Shown here piece after piece: positions 11,109 to 12,593 of a stretch of 12,593 bases of DNA; position 1 is the first letter of the stretch, and every line of letters starts with the position of its first letter. The notes beneath the pieces were generated by a model. The model had not been told where the DNA came from and did not search any database. It saw only the letters and a list, made by a program, of their open reading frames with translations. The translations under genes were made by a program, and so were the position numbers. Source of the DNA: Nitrososphaerota archaeon (lineage in GTDB: Archaea; Thermoproteota; Nitrososphaeria; Nitrososphaerales; Gagatemarchaeaceae); assembly GCA_003135575.1 (NCBI GenBank), contig PLCG01000104.1:3036-15628 (forward strand), written 5' to 3'.

Positions 11109-12590
11109 TTGAGGTCTTGGCTCACCCCTCAAGCCAGGGTGGTGACATACTTGCTCTTGGCGATATTCCTTACAGATGCATGTGCCGCTAGCGTGTCCGC
11201 TCCTCCCCCTGGCCTGCCCGAGTTCTCACTCACAGTTAACGCAAGTCTATCATCAGGATTCAGCGGCGTGAGCACTAGGGCGGACGGATCCGTCCAGTTT
11301 GCTCTTCCTACAGGAGGGGAGGGGAACGTCTCCGTAACCGTCACATCGCACGTGAACTATTCTCAGGGGATAAATCTGATTCTATCACTAGTAGGCAGGG
11401 TGCCTGCGCCCCCCTCATTGCCGCCAGGCATAACGGTTGACTACCAGCCTTCTCCCGTGAGCTTGCCTCCTCACGAAAACAGAACGGCTCGGCTTATCAT
11501 AAGCGTTGATGCTCGCGCTCCAGCACAAGCTTACCTTCTGTATCTCTCCGGGCAAAGTGACCGCGGGGTCGGAGTCGGAATCCAAGGTTTTTGGCTGGTG
11601 GTCGGACAGTATAGGCCTACGCAGAGTTTCTCGCTCATAGACACAAGCGACCACTTGGCAAAGAATGAGACTTGGACGAATCTCCAACTTCCTGAGAGCG
11701 ATTCAGACTTGCACTCACCCGGGTATCTTGGGGGATCTCCGGTCTACCTCACATTTCGTTCAGAGGGCCCAGCGTTGGACATTCAACTGAGCATCATCAA
11801 CATAGATGTGCCGAATCAAATCATGCTCTCTCTGCAACAAAGCGATTTCCACGTGGATGCAGGGGCCCAGGGAGCCGTCGCATTAGACATGATAGCGCCT
11901 TTCGGAACCAAGCTCGGCACGTATCAATTCCAAGTCTTGGCGATACAAGGGAACGAGCAGCATGTTGCCCACTTCAATCTCACCGTCGTGCCTCTCCCCC
12001 CTCACGCATCTGCCGTCCCTTCGGAGGTCCTGATCAACCGCACAGTCTCCGGCTACCAGTTCAACCTCTACATCGCATATAGGTGGGTATGGACTCAGGG
12101 CCACATGACGAACGGCACTGACGCGGGCCTGGTATACAGCATCATTCCCGTAGATGGCTCGCTGTCTTCATCGGACACGTACGCTTCGGCCAACCTAACC
12201 CTCATTGACGCTGCCAATTCGGGGAACTCATTGCAGGCGGCAAGGACCAATGTGCTCTCCTTCCAGATGATGCAGAGCGACGCCCCGAGGGAGTCCACTC
12301 TCACCTTCGCGAGGCCGGGAACCTACAACCTAACGGTGACTGGCTACGCAAGGCAGGCAAACGGCACCCTCCGTAAGATAGGATCGACATACGCATCCTT
12401 TGAGGTGGTCAACCCTGGACCTTCCACGCAAGCTGCCAGCAGCATGACTTCTCAAACGCCCAAGTCTACAACTGGCCTCTCAACTTTCCAAGTGACATCG
12501 GCGATCATTGTGGTGACGGCTCTAGCCATCGTTTCGTTGGTCTTCGCTTTTAGGAAGCGATTGGGTTTCGGACGTGTTCATGTCCCATAG
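11109..12590 (+). CDS. secreted cell-surface glycoprotein with N-terminal signal peptide and C-terminal TM anchor
   Basis: N-terminus RVVTYLLLAIFLTDACAAS. At least 12 N-x-S/T sequons (NAS, NVS, NYS, NRT, NET, NLT, NGT...). An S/T-rich linker (STQAASSMTSQTPKSTTG) is followed by the TM segment AIIVVTALAIVSLVFAF and the basic tail RKRLGFGR. ATATA (11074-11078) lies about 33 nt upstream. Confidence 0.7.
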   Translation: MRSWLTPQARVVTYLLLAIFLTDACAASVSAPPPGLPEFSLTVNASLSSGFSGVSTRADGSVQFALPTGGEGNVSVTVTSHVNYSQGINLILSLVGRVPAPPSLPPGITVDYQPSPVSLPPHENRTARLIISVDARAPAQAYLLYLSGQSDRGVGVGIQGFWLVVGQYRPTQSFSLIDTSDHLAKNETWTNLQLPESDSDLHSPGYLGGSPVYLTFRSEGPALDIQLSIINIDVPNQIMLSLQQSDFHVDAGAQGAVALDMIAPFGTKLGTYQFQVLAIQGNEQHVAHFNLTVVPLPPHASAVPSEVLINRTVSGYQFNLYIAYRWVWTQGHMTNGTDAGLVYSIIPVDGSLSSSDTYASANLTLIDAANSGNSLQAARTNVLSFQMMQSDAPRESTLTFARPGTYNLTVTGYARQANGTLRKIGSTYASFEVVNPGPSTQAASSMTSQTPKSTTGLSTFQVTSAIIVVTALAIVSLVFAFRKRLGFGRVHVP

Positions 12591-12593
12591 AGT

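Noticed and set aside
1-12593. A CRISPR array, rRNA genes, or recognisable defence-system enzymes (nucleases, helicases, methyltransferases).
   Set aside because: No regularly spaced repeats of 24 nt or more were seen, there were no rRNA-like conserved segments, and none of the ORF products show the corresponding catalytic motifs.

Overview
This looks like an archaeal chromosomal window of about 52% GC. The main support for that is recurrent A/T-rich TATA-like boxes 23-33 nt upstream of start codons, which indicates mostly leaderless mRNAs, and frequent TTG/GTG starts. Families recognised from the translated ORFs are a trans-polyprenyl diphosphate synthase, an SCP2 lipid-binding protein, a stand-alone Lrp/AsnC RAM-domain protein, a small HTH_45-type winged-helix regulator, an IS110-family DEDD transposase, and a signal-peptide, C-terminally anchored, sequon-rich surface glycoprotein. 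Layout: (i) a plus-strand four-gene isoprenoid/lipid operon at 874-3893. (ii) A convergent minus-strand block of orphan genes at 4039-6697: a Cys-rich 99-aa protein, a 76-aa charged protein, a 309-aa beta-rich protein, a 90-aa protein, and two sub-60-aa overlapping ORFs missed by the ORF track, surrounded by iteron-like tandem repeats. (iii) A regulator block at 6912-7849. (iv) Small membrane proteins. (v) A complete IS110/IS1111-like element of about 1.46 kb at 9122-10582, with imperfect terminal inverted repeats and long structured non-coding ends. (vi) A surface glycoprotein gene. The most unusual non-coding signal is that the intergenic regions at about 640-873 and about 5660-5960 share several exact 8-15-nt motif blocks. 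The outer blocks are in direct orientation and an inner TATA-containing cassette is inverted. One copy sits next to a tRNA 3'-end-like fragment, and the other contains a GC-rich, strongly foldable segment that may be an ncRNA. No CRISPR array, rRNA or intact tRNA was seen. All family calls come from reading motifs by eye, with no searches run.
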